A stretch of 64,000 bases of DNA from a virus. Positions 38,085-47,491 of the stretch are shown one piece after another. Position 1 is the first letter of the stretch, and each line of letters begins with the position of its first letter. The notes below the pieces were generated by a model. That model was not told the origin of the DNA, did no database searches, and was given only the letters and a program-made list of their open reading frames with translations. The stretch is from UHGV virus genome UHGV-0057186. One strand, 5' to 3'. The position numbers and the translations under genes are program-made.

Positions 38085-38369
38085 TTATTTGCTTAGTTTA
38101 GTTATTATAGCTTCTGCGGCAGCTTTTAGCTTAGATGCGGTGTTAATACGATTTTTAATTTCAGTATACGCATCGCCAAGAACATCAAGGCTATCGGAAT
38201 AAACACTTACACTATTGCGTTCGCTATTTGAAATAGAACCTTTAGTTTTGCGATCAAAATCGGTGTACACGTCTTGAAGATCACGGGCTGCCTTCTTTGC
38301 ATCATCCAATGCCATTGCTTCCATGGCCCAGTGTGTTTCAGGGTCTATGTTTTCAATCTCACGGGTCAA
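38085..38369 (-). CDS. Hypothetical protein (non-ATG start in ORF track; start uncertain)
   Basis: 94-aa ORF beginning TTG. Confidence 0.4.
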   Translation of the reverse strand: MTREIENIDPETHWAMEAMALDDAKKAARDLQDVYTDFDRKTKGSISNSERNSVSVYSDSLDVLGDAYTEIKNRINTASKLKAAAEAIITKLSK

Positions 38370-38490
38370 TGCAACTCCCAGGTCTTTTGCAAATTTTTGT
38401 TATTCAGGAGTTAATGAATCATATAACTTTTTCATTTCTTTATCTTCAATATTCATAATATTTTCCTCAAGGGGCTTTCGCCCCAATCAT

Positions 38491-38868
38491 TTAGATTTTA
38501 TTTTCCTGCACACCATAATACAGTTCATCAGACACGATATTCAGGATGCGGCGAACATATTCATCATGGTAACGACATTCAAAATCAAATTCAACTGTAG
38601 TTTCTGCTTCACGAGTAAATTTAACAACCACATTCAGGTGGTTAACAACTTTAGTAAAGCTGTCAGTAAAGAACTCTTTTGCTACTGCTTGTTGTACTTG
38701 TACTTTATACTTTGTATTGCGAATCATGTTTTCAGCTGATGCGAAATTACCAGTTTTATCAAAGTCAACAAGCGCCAGGTTGATGATGAATTTCATTTTA
38801 TTATCCCGTTTGTTTATTTGGTAACTCAGTATGGGATAATTATACACCCGGTCAATTCGGATGTACAC
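38491..38868 (-). CDS. Hypothetical protein (start probably internal, MKFIINL)
   Basis: 125-aa ORF. Confidence 0.45.
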   Translation of the reverse strand: MYIRIDRVYNYPILSYQINKRDNKMKFIINLALVDFDKTGNFASAENMIRNTKYKVQVQQAVAKEFFTDSFTKVVNHLNVVVKFTREAETTVEFDFECRYHDEYVRRILNIVSDELYYGVQENKI

Positions 38869-38904
38869 TACTTTTTGAAGAAAATTTCAAATTTATTCGG
38901 GGTA

Positions 38905-38934
38905 TAAAAAAGCCCCAACCTTTTGGTCGGGGCT
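38905..38934 (-). terminator. Intrinsic terminator downstream of IPI-like gene region
   Basis: Hairpin agccccgacc-aaaa-ggttggggct + TTTTTT on minus strand. Confidence 0.6.
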
Positions 38935-39078
38935 AAGAATGTTATTTGATTTGTTTAGCAGACCAAATGCGGTCTTTGATGATTTTTTGGAGGTCTTCAA
39001 CATACTCTAGGTCATGAGCATGTGGATTATCTTTAAAACTATAAGCTCGCGCAAGTTTCTGGCCTTCGGTCTTAATTA

Positions 39079-39402
39079 TCAAAAGTTCTTTAAGAATTGC
39101 TTCATACCTAGAGATAATTCCTTTAGCAATATTTTTTCTTGTGCTGCTTTAGGGTCAGCCTTAGGAGCAGGTTTACCAGAAGGTTTTTCGAAAGCCGCGC
39201 CAGTAGCAACCAGGCTTTTCCAGGCGGTGGTAACATAGTTACCCACAAAGCCTTCAGCTCTCATATCGTCGTAGAACTTGTACCGAGATTCGTCAGAAGC
39301 ATCTTTATAAGAATATTTACCAGCTTTAATAGCAGCAGTTGCTACAGCGCGAACATCTGAAGCGGATGCTTCGGTCATTAAAAATTGAGCATAAGTTTTC
39401 AT
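39079..39402 (-). CDS. Internal (capsid-targeted) protein, IPI-like
   Basis: 107 aa; N-terminus MKTYAQFLMTEA capsid-targeting sequence; late promoter and RBS aggaaat upstream. Confidence 0.6.
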   Translation of the reverse strand: MKTYAQFLMTEASASDVRAVATAAIKAGKYSYKDASDESRYKFYDDMRAEGFVGNYVTTAWKSLVATGAAFEKPSGKPAPKADPKAAQEKILLKELSLGMKQFLKNF

Positions 39403-39429
39403 TGTTATTTCCTGTGTTAATTAACTCAT

Positions 39430-39437
39430 CTATTTAT
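39430..39437 (-). promoter_or_regulatory. Late promoter TATAAATA for IPI-like gene
   Basis: Minus strand TTTTTGGTATAAATAGATGAG... 28 nt upstream of ATG. Confidence 0.6.
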
Positions 39438-39439
39438 AC

Positions 39440-39468
39440 CAAAAAGCCCCAACCTTTCGGCTGGGGCT
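39440..39468 (-). terminator. Intrinsic terminator following stable-RNA/tRNA region
   Basis: Hairpin agccccagcc-gaaa-ggttggggct + TTTTT on minus strand. Confidence 0.6.
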
Positions 39469-39518
39469 AAGCCTTGCGGCAACCTTGTCGGGGTTCCACC
39501 TGCTAAGGCAAGTGTTTG

Positions 39519-39676
39519 TACGAAACGCCGGGATTCGAACCCGGTTATTAAGTAGTTGACGCTACTCAATATTTTTAAAAGGCCATATCTCGACCATATC
39601 CGAACGTTCCGTCAAAAACGCTACTCGGCTTATGGCAAAGATATTTCCTCGAATCGATAATTCGGTGCGCCGTTTC
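39519..39676 (-). ncRNA. Candidate tRNA-like stable RNA (T4 species 1/2-type); boundaries approximate
   Basis: Perfect T-arm CCGGG-TTCGAAT-CCCGG (rc of 39527..39543) followed by 7-nt segment that can pair with a segment about 150 nt upstream; no ORF; no encoded CCA. Confidence 0.35.
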
Positions 39677-39755
39677 TGCTGTGATGTAAGAGGGCATCAA
39701 TAAACGTAAAGATTATTAACGCAATTCCTTACTCAGGGAACATCAGTCCGACGAC

Positions 39756-40310
39756 TTACCGGTAGCGACCCGGTTTCTCATTTGGTATTTCAAATTGTGT
39801 AGATTTAGTATCTAATTTTTTAACTATGGAACTTATGTCATGAAAGAAAAACCATTCGCCATTTATATGGTCCTGATTATAAATGCTGTGCATATATTTT
39901 TCAAGTTCTACTGCATCCTGGGAATATCTAAATGATACTATTTTAAAACTTTTAAACGGTGAAAATGTATTTGCTGTTATAACTCTAACATCAGGTTCTA
40001 TACTTCTTCCTATTTTATAATAATTAGGATTTGTAGTATCTACCATTATGTATACGAAAGCCTGTCGATAGCTTTTTTCTATATCAAATTCATCTTTAAA
40101 TTTCAAAAGATTTAGGGCGGCAGTCCTACAAAATACTTTCCATTTTGACAAGCGTTTGGCTTCAGTCATAGAAAAGAATTTTTTCTTATCTGTTATTTTA
40201 AGAAAAGCAACATTTTCAATTAGTTCTTGTGTTATTTCAAAATTACCACGGTATATTAATCCAGCTTTTATAGCCAAATTAATTTGGTCCCAGTCTACAT
40301 CACTTCTCAT
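39756..40310 (-). CDS. GIY-YIG-type (T5orf172-like) domain protein, putative homing endonuclease in tRNA cluster
   Basis: 184 aa; central FVYIMVDTTNPNYYKIGRS...R...E...N pattern. Confidence 0.55.
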   Translation of the reverse strand: MRSDVDWDQINLAIKAGLIYRGNFEITQELIENVAFLKITDKKKFFSMTEAKRLSKWKVFCRTAALNLLKFKDEFDIEKSYRQAFVYIMVDTTNPNYYKIGRSIEPDVRVITANTFSPFKSFKIVSFRYSQDAVELEKYMHSIYNQDHINGEWFFFHDISSIVKKLDTKSTQFEIPNEKPGRYR

Positions 40311-40330
40311 AATATTATTCTCTCAATAAT

Positions 40331-40407
40331 TTGGCCAGGGTGAAAGGATTCTAACCTTTAACCTGCGGTTTAGAGGACCGCTACTCTATACAATTGAGTT
40401 ACACCCC
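40331..40407 (-). tRNA. tRNA-Arg (anticodon UCU)
   Basis: Hand-folded: acceptor CGGGGTG/CACCCTG, anticodon stem GCGGT/ACCGC loop CCTCTAA, T-arm AAAGG-TTAGAAT-CCTTT, encoded CCA. Confidence 0.7.
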
Positions 40408-40533
40408 GTAATTAGTTCACAGCAATACCTACTCCAACAATCAAGATGTCTTCACACGAAATTAAGAGAAGAGTGATCAGTTTAACCCCTATAATCGCGT
40501 CAAGTGATATTAATGTGACAACTGTCACAAGTT

Positions 40534-40608
40534 TGGCGGACGTGATAGGATTCGAACCTATAACAAATCGCTTAACAGGCGATCGCTCTGCCATTGAGCT
40601 ACACATCC
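40534..40608 (-). tRNA. tRNA-Asn (anticodon GUU)
   Basis: Acceptor GGATGTG/CACGTCC, D-arm GCTC-AATGGCA-GAGC, anticodon loop CTGTTAA, T-arm ATAGG-TTCGAAT-CCTAT, CCA encoded. Confidence 0.7.
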
Positions 40609-40612
40609 AAAT

Positions 40613-40699
40613 TGGTGGGGAGTGATGGAGTCGAACCACCCGAGTCGCAATGACAATGGATTTACAGTCCACACCGCTACCTCTACGGGATAACTCCCC
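40613..40699 (-). tRNA. tRNA-Tyr (anticodon GUA), class II with long variable arm
   Basis: Acceptor GGGGAGT/ACTCCCC perfect, anticodon loop CTGTAAA, T-arm GGTGG-TTCGACT-CCATC, CCA encoded. Confidence 0.65.
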
Positions 40700-40708
40700 A
40701 AATTAATT

Positions 40709-40783
40709 TGGTGGCCCTGGGTGGAATTGAACCACCATCTGGCGATTATGAGTCGCTTGCTTGAACCTTCCAGCTACAGGGCC
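40709..40783 (-). tRNA. tRNA with CAU anticodon (Ile2-lysidine type or Met)
   Basis: Acceptor GGCCCTG/CAGGGCC, anticodon loop CTCATAA, T-arm GGTGG-TTCAATT-CCACC, CCA encoded. Confidence 0.7.
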
Positions 40784-40784
40784 T

Positions 40785-40860
40785 TGGTGCTGATTGACGG
40801 AATCGAACCGCCGACCTTCTCATTACAAGTGAGTTGCTCTACCTACTGAGCTAAATCAGC
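40785..40860 (-). tRNA. tRNA-Thr (anticodon UGU)
   Basis: Acceptor GCTGATT/AATCAGC, D-arm GCTC-AGTAGGTA-GAGC, anticodon loop CTTGTAA, T-arm GGCGG-TTCGATT-CCGTC. Confidence 0.75.
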
Positions 40861-40865
40861 AAAAC

Positions 40866-40955
40866 TGGCGGAGGCGATAGGATTTGAACCTATGAGTCGC
40901 CGGAGCGACTGCCGGTTTTCAAGACCGGTGCATTAAACCACTCTGCCACGCCTCC
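40866..40955 (-). tRNA. tRNA-Ser (anticodon UGA), class II
   Basis: Acceptor GGAGGCG/CGCCTCC, anticodon stem CCGGT/ACCGG loop CTTGAAA, long variable arm, T-arm ATAGG-TTCAAAT-CCTAT. Confidence 0.75.
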
Positions 40956-40957
40956 AG

Positions 40958-41031
40958 TCTCCATACAAGGATTTGAACCTTGGACCTCCTGATCCCAAAT
41001 CAGGCGCTCTACCAAACTGAGCTACACGGAG
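40958..41031 (-). tRNA. tRNA-Pro (anticodon UGG)
   Basis: Acceptor CTCCGTG/TATGGAG, D-arm AGCTCAGTTTGGTAGAGC, anticodon loop TTTGGGA, T-arm CAAGG-TTCAAAT-CCTTG; abuts tRNA-Ser with 2-nt spacer. Confidence 0.7.
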
Positions 41032-41041
41032 TAAATTAAAT

Positions 41042-41115
<74 letters not shown>

Positions 41116-41120
41116 AAATT

Positions 41121-41207
41121 TGGTGCGAGAAGTGGGACTCGAACCCACAAGGAAATCATTCCGCAGCATTTTAAGTGCTGTGCCTTTACCAATTTGACCA
41201 TTCTCGC
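41121..41207 (-). tRNA. tRNA-Leu (anticodon UAA), class II
   Basis: Acceptor GCGAGAA/TTCTCGC, anticodon stem CAGCA/TGCTG loop CTTAAAA, T-arm GTGGG-TTCGAGT-CCCAC. Confidence 0.75.
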
Positions 41208-41208
41208 G

Positions 41209-41281
41209 CTGGGAATAAAGGACTCGAACCTTTGCATCCTGGAATCAAAATCCAGTGCCTTACCAACTTGGCTAATTCCCA
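41209..41281 (-). tRNA. tRNA-Gln (anticodon UUG)
   Basis: Acceptor TGGGAAT/ATTCCCA, anticodon stem CTGGA/TCCAG loop TTTTGAT, T-arm AAAGG-TTCGAGT-CCTTT; abuts tRNA-Leu with 1-nt spacer. Confidence 0.75.
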
Positions 41282-41367
41282 ATTATTAACAAAGGCTCTT
41301 AAGCAAGAACCCTTGATGATAGAGGGTATTAATCAGTGCGATATGAGTTAATAATAACAAATAATTC

Positions 41368-41883
41368 TTAAAGCAAATTAAACATTTTAACGGTCGGCAA
41401 AACAATTTCTTCTTCTATATAAGAGTATTTAACACTCTCAACTACACGCAAAAAATCATAATCATAATACTCAGAAGCATTACCTAAAATATTAATAAGT
41501 CCTTCAAGCACTTTATTACCATTCACAAAGAATAAGTCAAATACACGTTCTTCATCTTCTTCAGATTTATTACCAAGATCAACTTCTATGCGAAAGACCT
41601 TTTTAATGAATTCTGGATAAAGCTGGTCTGAGAACAGTCCTTCAACTAAGTATTCATAAATAAAAAGAGATTGCTCGCTGAACAAACCATTACCACAATA
41701 GCGCTCAATTTTAGTACTAGAATATCTGCTTTTAAACTTCTTTAAAAGATACTGAAATTGTAAGATTTCATGCTCTTCTACGCCAAACAGTGTTTTGGTT
41801 TTATAGTTGTCACCATCATTTTCCCAGGTAGTGACATCAATTACGTAGCCCTGCGGAATTGTAGTACCTAAACAAATATTCAT
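41368..41883 (-). CDS. Hypothetical protein
   Basis: 171-aa ORF. Confidence 0.5.
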   Translation of the reverse strand: MNICLGTTIPQGYVIDVTTWENDGDNYKTKTLFGVEEHEILQFQYLLKKFKSRYSSTKIERYCGNGLFSEQSLFIYEYLVEGLFSDQLYPEFIKKVFRIEVDLGNKSEEDEERVFDLFFVNGNKVLEGLINILGNASEYYDYDFLRVVESVKYSYIEEEIVLPTVKMFNLL

Positions 41884-41886
41884 TTT

Positions 41887-42183
41887 TCACCACGCTGCGT
41901 TAATGTAAGTATATTTAATACATTCAAGACCCAAAGGATTCTTGAAAATATCATATTCAAGAGGACCTTTTTCTGTTTCAATAAAGAAATCAAAATTTAC
42001 TGTATTAAATTTACGGTCTTCCTTCACTAATTTAACTTGTGAAGATGAACGGTCAATGTAAACCTTTTCAACTTCAAAACATGTTAAAATGCCATAATCA
42101 TCAATCAAGGCTTTAGCTGCTTCTTGATCATATTTATATCCATTTTCAATGGATGATACTTTAGCATAAAGAATCATTATCAA
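41887..42183 (-). CDS. Hypothetical protein
   Basis: 98-aa ORF. Confidence 0.5.
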   Translation of the reverse strand: MIMILYAKVSSIENGYKYDQEAAKALIDDYGILTCFEVEKVYIDRSSSQVKLVKEDRKFNTVNFDFFIETEKGPLEYDIFKNPLGLECIKYTYINAAW

Positions 42184-42581
42184 CCTTCATCAACAACAGT
42201 ATGCGTATTGGCATTTACGATTTGCCACCAATCAAAGCGATTAGAACCATACATCGGTTTGTTTTCATTTTCTTTGATAATGTCACGGAGTTCATCTTCA
42301 GAGAATGCTTTAGCGATTAAATCGGTATACCCACCACGTGGATAATAATTATCACCTGCAAACAAAAGGAAATTTACCTTCCCGGAAGGAACATACGCTT
42401 CCTTAGGATACTTGTTTCCTGCGTGGTCAACCACTTCAATATAACGGTAAGGAATATCGGTTCTTTCAACCCATTGCCATGCCGCTGCAGGGGAATCGAA
42501 AGCATCTACACCTAAACGATTATCTTCATCTTTAGACGGATTATTTTCGTAATCCGCATATACATAATATTCAACGTTCAT
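42180..42581 (-). CDS. Hypothetical protein
   Basis: 133-aa ORF. Confidence 0.5.
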   Translation of the reverse strand: MNVEYYVYADYENNPSKDEDNRLGVDAFDSPAAAWQWVERTDIPYRYIEVVDHAGNKYPKEAYVPSGKVNFLLFAGDNYYPRGGYTDLIAKAFSEDELRDIIKENENKPMYGSNRFDWWQIVNANTHTVVDEG

Positions 42582-42766
42582 TATTCACCTTTAGAAATTT
42601 TATCCATAACGATAGCAATTAAACCAATTAAAAATGCTACTACAAGTGAAAAAACATTTTCTGCCGTAGTCAATAATCCGCATATAAATCCAACAAACAT
42701 TGAAAAACTGAAAGCGGAAGCAGAAATTGCAATAGCAACATTTCGAATTAATTCACAGCGTTTCAT
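42581..42766 (-). CDS. Small membrane protein (start refined to ATG 42766, MKRCELIR)
   Basis: 61 aa with gaggag RBS; ORF track start lies upstream of the promoter. Confidence 0.45.
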   Translation of the reverse strand: MKRCELIRNVAIAISASAFSFSMFVGFICGLLTTAENVFSLVVAFLIGLIAIVMDKISKGE

Positions 42767-42794
42767 TTTATTCTCCTCAGTAGTTGATAGGGTA

Positions 42795-42824
42795 ATAGTA
42801 TCACTACCCCATCTAAAAGTAAAT
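42795..42824 (-). promoter_or_regulatory. T4-type early promoter
   Basis: Minus strand ATTTACTTTTAGATGGGGTAGTGATACTATTACCCTATCAAC. Confidence 0.55.
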
Positions 42825-43058
42825 TTATTTTTTACGAAAAATTGATTTATTTTCTGCTGCCCATTTTTCAATAACTGCAGCAGGACCAGTAACAACAATT
42901 TTATCACCGTAATCTTCTGCGGCGAGTTGACCGAAATTATCTAATGCATCACGAAGAACTCCATGAGGCATTTCACCCATTTTATCTTTCTTGCCGGTGT
43001 AAATAAACTCAACTTTTGCATCAGAAGATTCAGCGATAAATTCTTTGAAAGTTTTCAT
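42825..43058 (-). CDS. Internal (capsid-targeted) protein, 77 aa
   Basis: From ATG 43058: MKTFKEFIAES... capsid-targeting sequence. Confidence 0.55.
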   Translation of the reverse strand: MKTFKEFIAESSDAKVEFIYTGKKDKMGEMPHGVLRDALDNFGQLAAEDYGDKIVVTGPAAVIEKWAAENKSIFRKK

Positions 43059-43095
43059 TTTAGTTTCCATTCGATTGTTTTGTTTTGATAGGGTA

Positions 43096-43124
43096 ATAGT
43101 ATCACAACTAAAACCCTATGTAAA
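43096..43124 (-). promoter_or_regulatory. T4-type early promoter
   Basis: Minus strand GTTTACATAGGGTTTTAGTTGTGATACTATTACCCTATCAAAAC. Confidence 0.6.
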
Positions 43125-43149
43125 CAACTTTGTGAAATTATTTTAAATC
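43118..43149. repeat. 32-bp perfect direct repeat, copy 1 (gene 3' end + promoter -35 region)
   Basis: atgtaaacaactttgtgaaattattttaaatc identical to 43448..43479. Confidence 0.85.
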
Positions 43150-43395
43150 TTCTAATCGTTTCTTCATCTTAGAACCATTTTTAGCAATTTCTCCTGCATC
43201 GGAGCATAATGCTAAAAGTGCTTTAACTTTAGTTTGGTCTCCTTTAAAAGATGAAGGATCGACTGCAGCAGCAAGTTCTTTAATACGAGAGAAAAGACGC
43301 TCAGCTTCAGCTAAAGCCATTCCAAGCTTTACTTCCATACCGTGAGAAGATTCAGTGATAGTAGTTTTTGTAGCAAACTCTTTGAAAGTTTTCAT
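43138..43395 (-). CDS. Internal (capsid-targeted) protein, 85 aa
   Basis: MKTFKEFATKTTITESS...; central region clearly similar to 33789..34070 product. Confidence 0.55.
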   Translation of the reverse strand: MKTFKEFATKTTITESSHGMEVKLGMALAEAERLFSRIKELAAAVDPSSFKGDQTKVKALLALCSDAGEIAKNGSKMKKRLEDLK

Positions 43396-43425
43396 TTTAT
43401 TTTCCTAATTAATTTTGATGAGATA

Positions 43426-43447
43426 ATAGTATCACTATCTCATCAGC

Positions 43448-43454
<7 letters not shown>
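43426..43454 (-). promoter_or_regulatory. T4-type early promoter
   Basis: Minus strand GTTTACATGCTGATGAGATAGTGATACTATTATCTCATC. Confidence 0.6.
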
Positions 43455-44164
<710 letters not shown>

Positions 44165-44165
<1 letters not shown>

Positions 44166-44890
44166 TATAGTACCTTTAGTGTATTTTTAATTTTAGAAAA
44201 AAGTTCTTCAAGAGAACCATCGTTTGTAATTACTAAATCGCCATCACGAATTGGCAATCCAGCTTCTGTAATATGTGTATCATTGGATTTTTGACCAGGA
44301 CGAACTACATGAATTACTGTAGCACCCATCGCCCTAGCCGCATCCATTTCATGATCTTGACGGGTATCAGGAACGATATAATAATCATAACCTGAGTTAA
44401 ATTTATCAAGATAATCTAAAGCAAATAATTTTACCCAGTACATGCGGTCGAAGTTATTAACAATCAAATCCGTACCTAGGGCTTGCATCAGACGACGGAC
44501 TGACCATTGATCTTCAATATTATTTATAACGTCAGTAATTTTGTTAAATGCTACGAAATTAACTGATTCTTTTCCTTCGTCGTCAAAAACAAACACGCCT
44601 TTAATCGGGCTTTTACTATTAAGATAGCAAAATGCTTGTTCCATAATCATAATTACTTCTAATTTAGTCAAATTCAAATTAGTCTCACGATCATAGTCAA
44701 TTCCTTCAAACTCTTTACGAGTTAAGCAAGGATAATCATTGTTTGCAGCAAATACACCCCATGCATAAGCCAATGCATCCTTAATAGGACCAGCAAGTTG
44801 ATATTTAACTGCAGAATAATTATTCATGATAAAATCTGCAGTAGTATCTTTTCCACTACGCTTTACACCACTTAAAAAGATTAGTTTCAT
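44165..44890 (-). CDS. 1: dNMP (hmdCMP/dTMP/dGMP) kinase gp1
   Basis: 241 aa; P-loop GVKRSGKDT; length as T4 gp1. Confidence 0.88.
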
Positions 44891-44939
44891 GTGTTTCTCC
44901 TCAAATTTAGTTAAGATTATAACACATGAAACTGAAGCA

Positions 44940-45470
44940 TTAAACTTCTGCTATAATTTTGCCATCTTTTTCTACTTGAAAATACGTATAAGGAATCGTT
45001 GCTGTGCATACTAAAGCCGGGTCTGAATCTTCCGTGTAGCTAAATTCTACTTCAGACAGGTCAGAAACCCAGGGCTTATAAAAATTTATTGACATCACGA
45101 TTTCAGTTTTACTATTATCTAAAATGTAAAGCGTAATGTATTCAGGACCTGTTTTTTGGGCAGTATTTTCGCCTGTAAGATAGTTACTAGTTCCTAACAT
45201 CCATTCATACATTCCTATCCACGACTTAAGTTCTTCATCAACTATAAATCTCACAATGAGTGGATCATACTCAAATGTAACACCTGGACGTTGTGCTCGA
45301 CCCAGGCCAAATGGCCCAGTCACGGTATCAGTAACAGGTATCCTAATTCCTGGAATAGGAACTGACTGAGCATTTAAAGTAAAAGCAGATGTAGTATTAC
45401 TATGCGGTATTGATACTACAAAGTTAGTTGTATTTGCTTGGTTAAAAATTTGTTGCAGTGCTTGCGACAT
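44940..45470 (-). CDS. 3: Tail sheath stabiliser/tail tube terminator gp3 (start refined to ATG 45470)
   Basis: 176 aa from ATG with gaggaa RBS; position between 1 and 2. Confidence 0.75.
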   Translation of the reverse strand: MSQALQQIFNQANTTNFVVSIPHSNTTSAFTLNAQSVPIPGIRIPVTDTVTGPFGLGRAQRPGVTFEYDPLIVRFIVDEELKSWIGMYEWMLGTSNYLTGENTAQKTGPEYITLYILDNSKTEIVMSINFYKPWVSDLSEVEFSYTEDSDPALVCTATIPYTYFQVEKDGKIIAEV

Positions 45471-45576
45471 ATATTCCTCATAATGCTTTATAAATGTTGG
45501 TGGTATAATGGGTCTAAGTCCCTTCCATTCAATTCCAATTAGAACAAACAATAGAAAAGAATGGAAGATAATAGAA

Positions 45577-46401
45577 TTAGATATTTGACCAGACTTTGTT
45601 TGCAGAGAAACGTTTTCCTTTTGAAACGAACTGCTGAAGTGGCATTAACACAACGTTCGCCCAGTCTTTCGGGGCGATTTCAACAAGGCTACCCATAATA
45701 TTACCGGGGATATATGCCTTAATCATTTGGTCTGCACCCCTAAATCCTTTCACTTGACTCCAATCAATTTTTAATTTCGTTTTATTAGTAATAGTAGGTG
45801 TATTTGAATATTGCTTTAAAAGCTCTTCTAGGAATTGCTGGCGAGCTTTAGGTGGAATATAGTGCAAGTTCAATCCGTACATTAAATTATGCTTACCTAA
45901 ACCAAGGTAAATTATTAAAGGAAATTTATCCCAGTAAGGAAGAGTTTCCTTGTGTTTAGCATCATAAGCAAAAGCATATATTCGTCCCGGCTGCGGGCGA
46001 ACAACTTTATGTCCTTTTACTTGCTTAATAGTTTCAGCAAACCACTTTCTGGTTTTATTATTAATTGCTGCACCTTCATTACGAATTTTATCACGCAATG
46101 TTTGTCTGAATGAATTTATCATAAGCAGTTGTCTTTCTTGCTTATTGAGTTTATTCATTGGTTTTGATTCAAGCTTTTGAATCTTTTCAGCCGTTTTAAT
46201 TCCTGAAGCATATTTTGACATTGCTGAAGTAAACGTAGAGTATTTGATTCCTCTTTCTTCAGCAAATTGCTTTCCTGTCATTCCTTTTGCTTTGGCCTTT
46301 TTATATTCAAGACCTATCTGAATCCATTTCTTTTCGTTTAATGATTGCTTAACCTTTGGAACTTGGGGAGTGCTTTCATTAATTATTTGAAAAATAGCCA
46401 T
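45577..46401 (-). CDS. 2: DNA end-protector protein gp2
   Basis: 274-aa basic protein; length/position as T4 gp2; ATGA overlap with gene 4. Confidence 0.8.
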   Translation of the reverse strand: MAIFQIINESTPQVPKVKQSLNEKKWIQIGLEYKKAKAKGMTGKQFAEERGIKYSTFTSAMSKYASGIKTAEKIQKLESKPMNKLNKQERQLLMINSFRQTLRDKIRNEGAAINNKTRKWFAETIKQVKGHKVVRPQPGRIYAFAYDAKHKETLPYWDKFPLIIYLGLGKHNLMYGLNLHYIPPKARQQFLEELLKQYSNTPTITNKTKLKIDWSQVKGFRGADQMIKAYIPGNIMGSLVEIAPKDWANVVLMPLQQFVSKGKRFSANKVWSNI

Positions 46402-46853
46402 TATGCCCCCTTAAAGCCAAGAGCTCGTAATCCATCTTCTGTTAAAATTCTAAATTTTATTCCACGCTTTTCAGCTAAAGATTGTGCTGCTTTCCATTTG
46501 TCGGTGTTAACAGACCAGGTATAAATTTCATTCATAAATCTTTTCTTCGCTGCGGTTGTTAGATGCGCCGGTTTAACTGGTGGTTGTGTTTCTTTTTTAG
46601 GTTTTATTTCAATAAAAAATTCTTGTCCAGAAGAATCTTTCATCCAAATATCCATGAAGTATCTACGTTTTTTCCCTTCTGCATTACAAAAATAAGGAAT
46701 TACTGCTGTTTCACTACCCCATGCAATAATTTCTGGATTTTTATCTAACCATTCAAAAAAGAATTTTTCCCAATTTGATCTATACGTAATTTTTTTAGGG
46801 TCACCTCTATACTTTGATATATTTTTAGGAACCCATTTTCCAGAATATGCCAT
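46401..46853 (-). CDS. 4: Head completion protein gp4
   Basis: 150-aa ORF; length/position as T4 gp4. Confidence 0.8.
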   Translation of the reverse strand: MAYSGKWVPKNISKYRGDPKKITYRSNWEKFFFEWLDKNPEIIAWGSETAVIPYFCNAEGKKRRYFMDIWMKDSSGQEFFIEIKPKKETQPPVKPAHLTTAAKKRFMNEIYTWSVNTDKWKAAQSLAEKRGIKFRILTEDGLRALGFKGA

Positions 46854-46864
46854 TGGATTCTCCT

Positions 46865-46872
46865 TATAAATA
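46865..46872 (+). promoter_or_regulatory. Late promoter TATAAATA for gene 53
   Basis: Exact TATAAATA 29 nt upstream of ATG 46901. Confidence 0.6.
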
Positions 46873-46879
46873 GATAATA

Positions 46880-46887
46880 TATTTATA
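46880..46887 (-). promoter_or_regulatory. Late promoter TATAAATA for gene 4 (divergent)
   Basis: Exact TATAAATA on minus strand upstream of ATG 46853. Confidence 0.55.
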
Positions 46888-46900
46888 AACAGGAGGGCCC

Positions 46901-47491
46901 ATGCTCTTTACATTTTTTGATCCGATTGAATATGCGGCCAAAACGGTGAATAAAAACGCGCCGACTATTCCTATGACAGATATTTTTAGAAACTATAAAG
47001 ACTATTTTAAACGCGCTCTTGCGGGATACCGCTTACGTACTTATTATATCAAAGGTTCACCACGCCCGGAAGAATTAGCAAATACTATATATGGAAATCC
47101 ACAGTTGTATTGGGTTTTATTGATGTGTAATGATAATTATGACCCGTATTATGGATGGATTACTTCACAAGAAGCAGCTTATCAAGCATCTATACAAAAA
47201 TACAAAAATGTAGGTGGAGACCAAATAGTATATCATGTGAATGAGAACGGTGAAAAATTTTATAATTTAATATCATACGATGATAATCCATATGTTTGGT
47301 ATGATAAAGGTGATAAAGCTAGAAAATATCCTCAATATGAAGGAGCACTTGCTGCTGTTAATACGTATGAAGATGCTGTTCTTGAAAATGAAAAACTTCG
47401 TCAAATAAAAATAATAGCAAAATCAGACATTAATTCATTTATGAACGACCTTATACGTATAATGGAGAAATCTTATGGAAATGATAAGTAA
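46901..47491 (+). CDS. 53: Baseplate wedge protein gp53
   Basis: 196 aa; length/position as T4 gp53. Confidence 0.85.
   Translation: MLFTFFDPIEYAAKTVNKNAPTIPMTDIFRNYKDYFKRALAGYRLRTYYIKGSPRPEELANTIYGNPQLYWVLLMCNDNYDPYYGWITSQEAAYQASIQKYKNVGGDQIVYHVNENGEKFYNLISYDDNPYVWYDKGDKARKYPQYEGALAAVNTYEDAVLENEKLRQIKIIAKSDINSFMNDLIRIMEKSYGNDK

Noticed and set aside
39014-39360. Plus-strand ORFs 39014..39238 and 39139..39360
   Set aside because: They overlap the minus-strand IPI-like gene, which has a capsid-targeting sequence, late promoter and RBS.
41282-41320. Possible MotA-type promoter immediately upstream of tRNA-Gln (TTGCTTAA ... TAATAAT)
   Set aside because: The motif is present, but the putative -10 would place the start inside the tRNA. 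Too uncertain to annotate.
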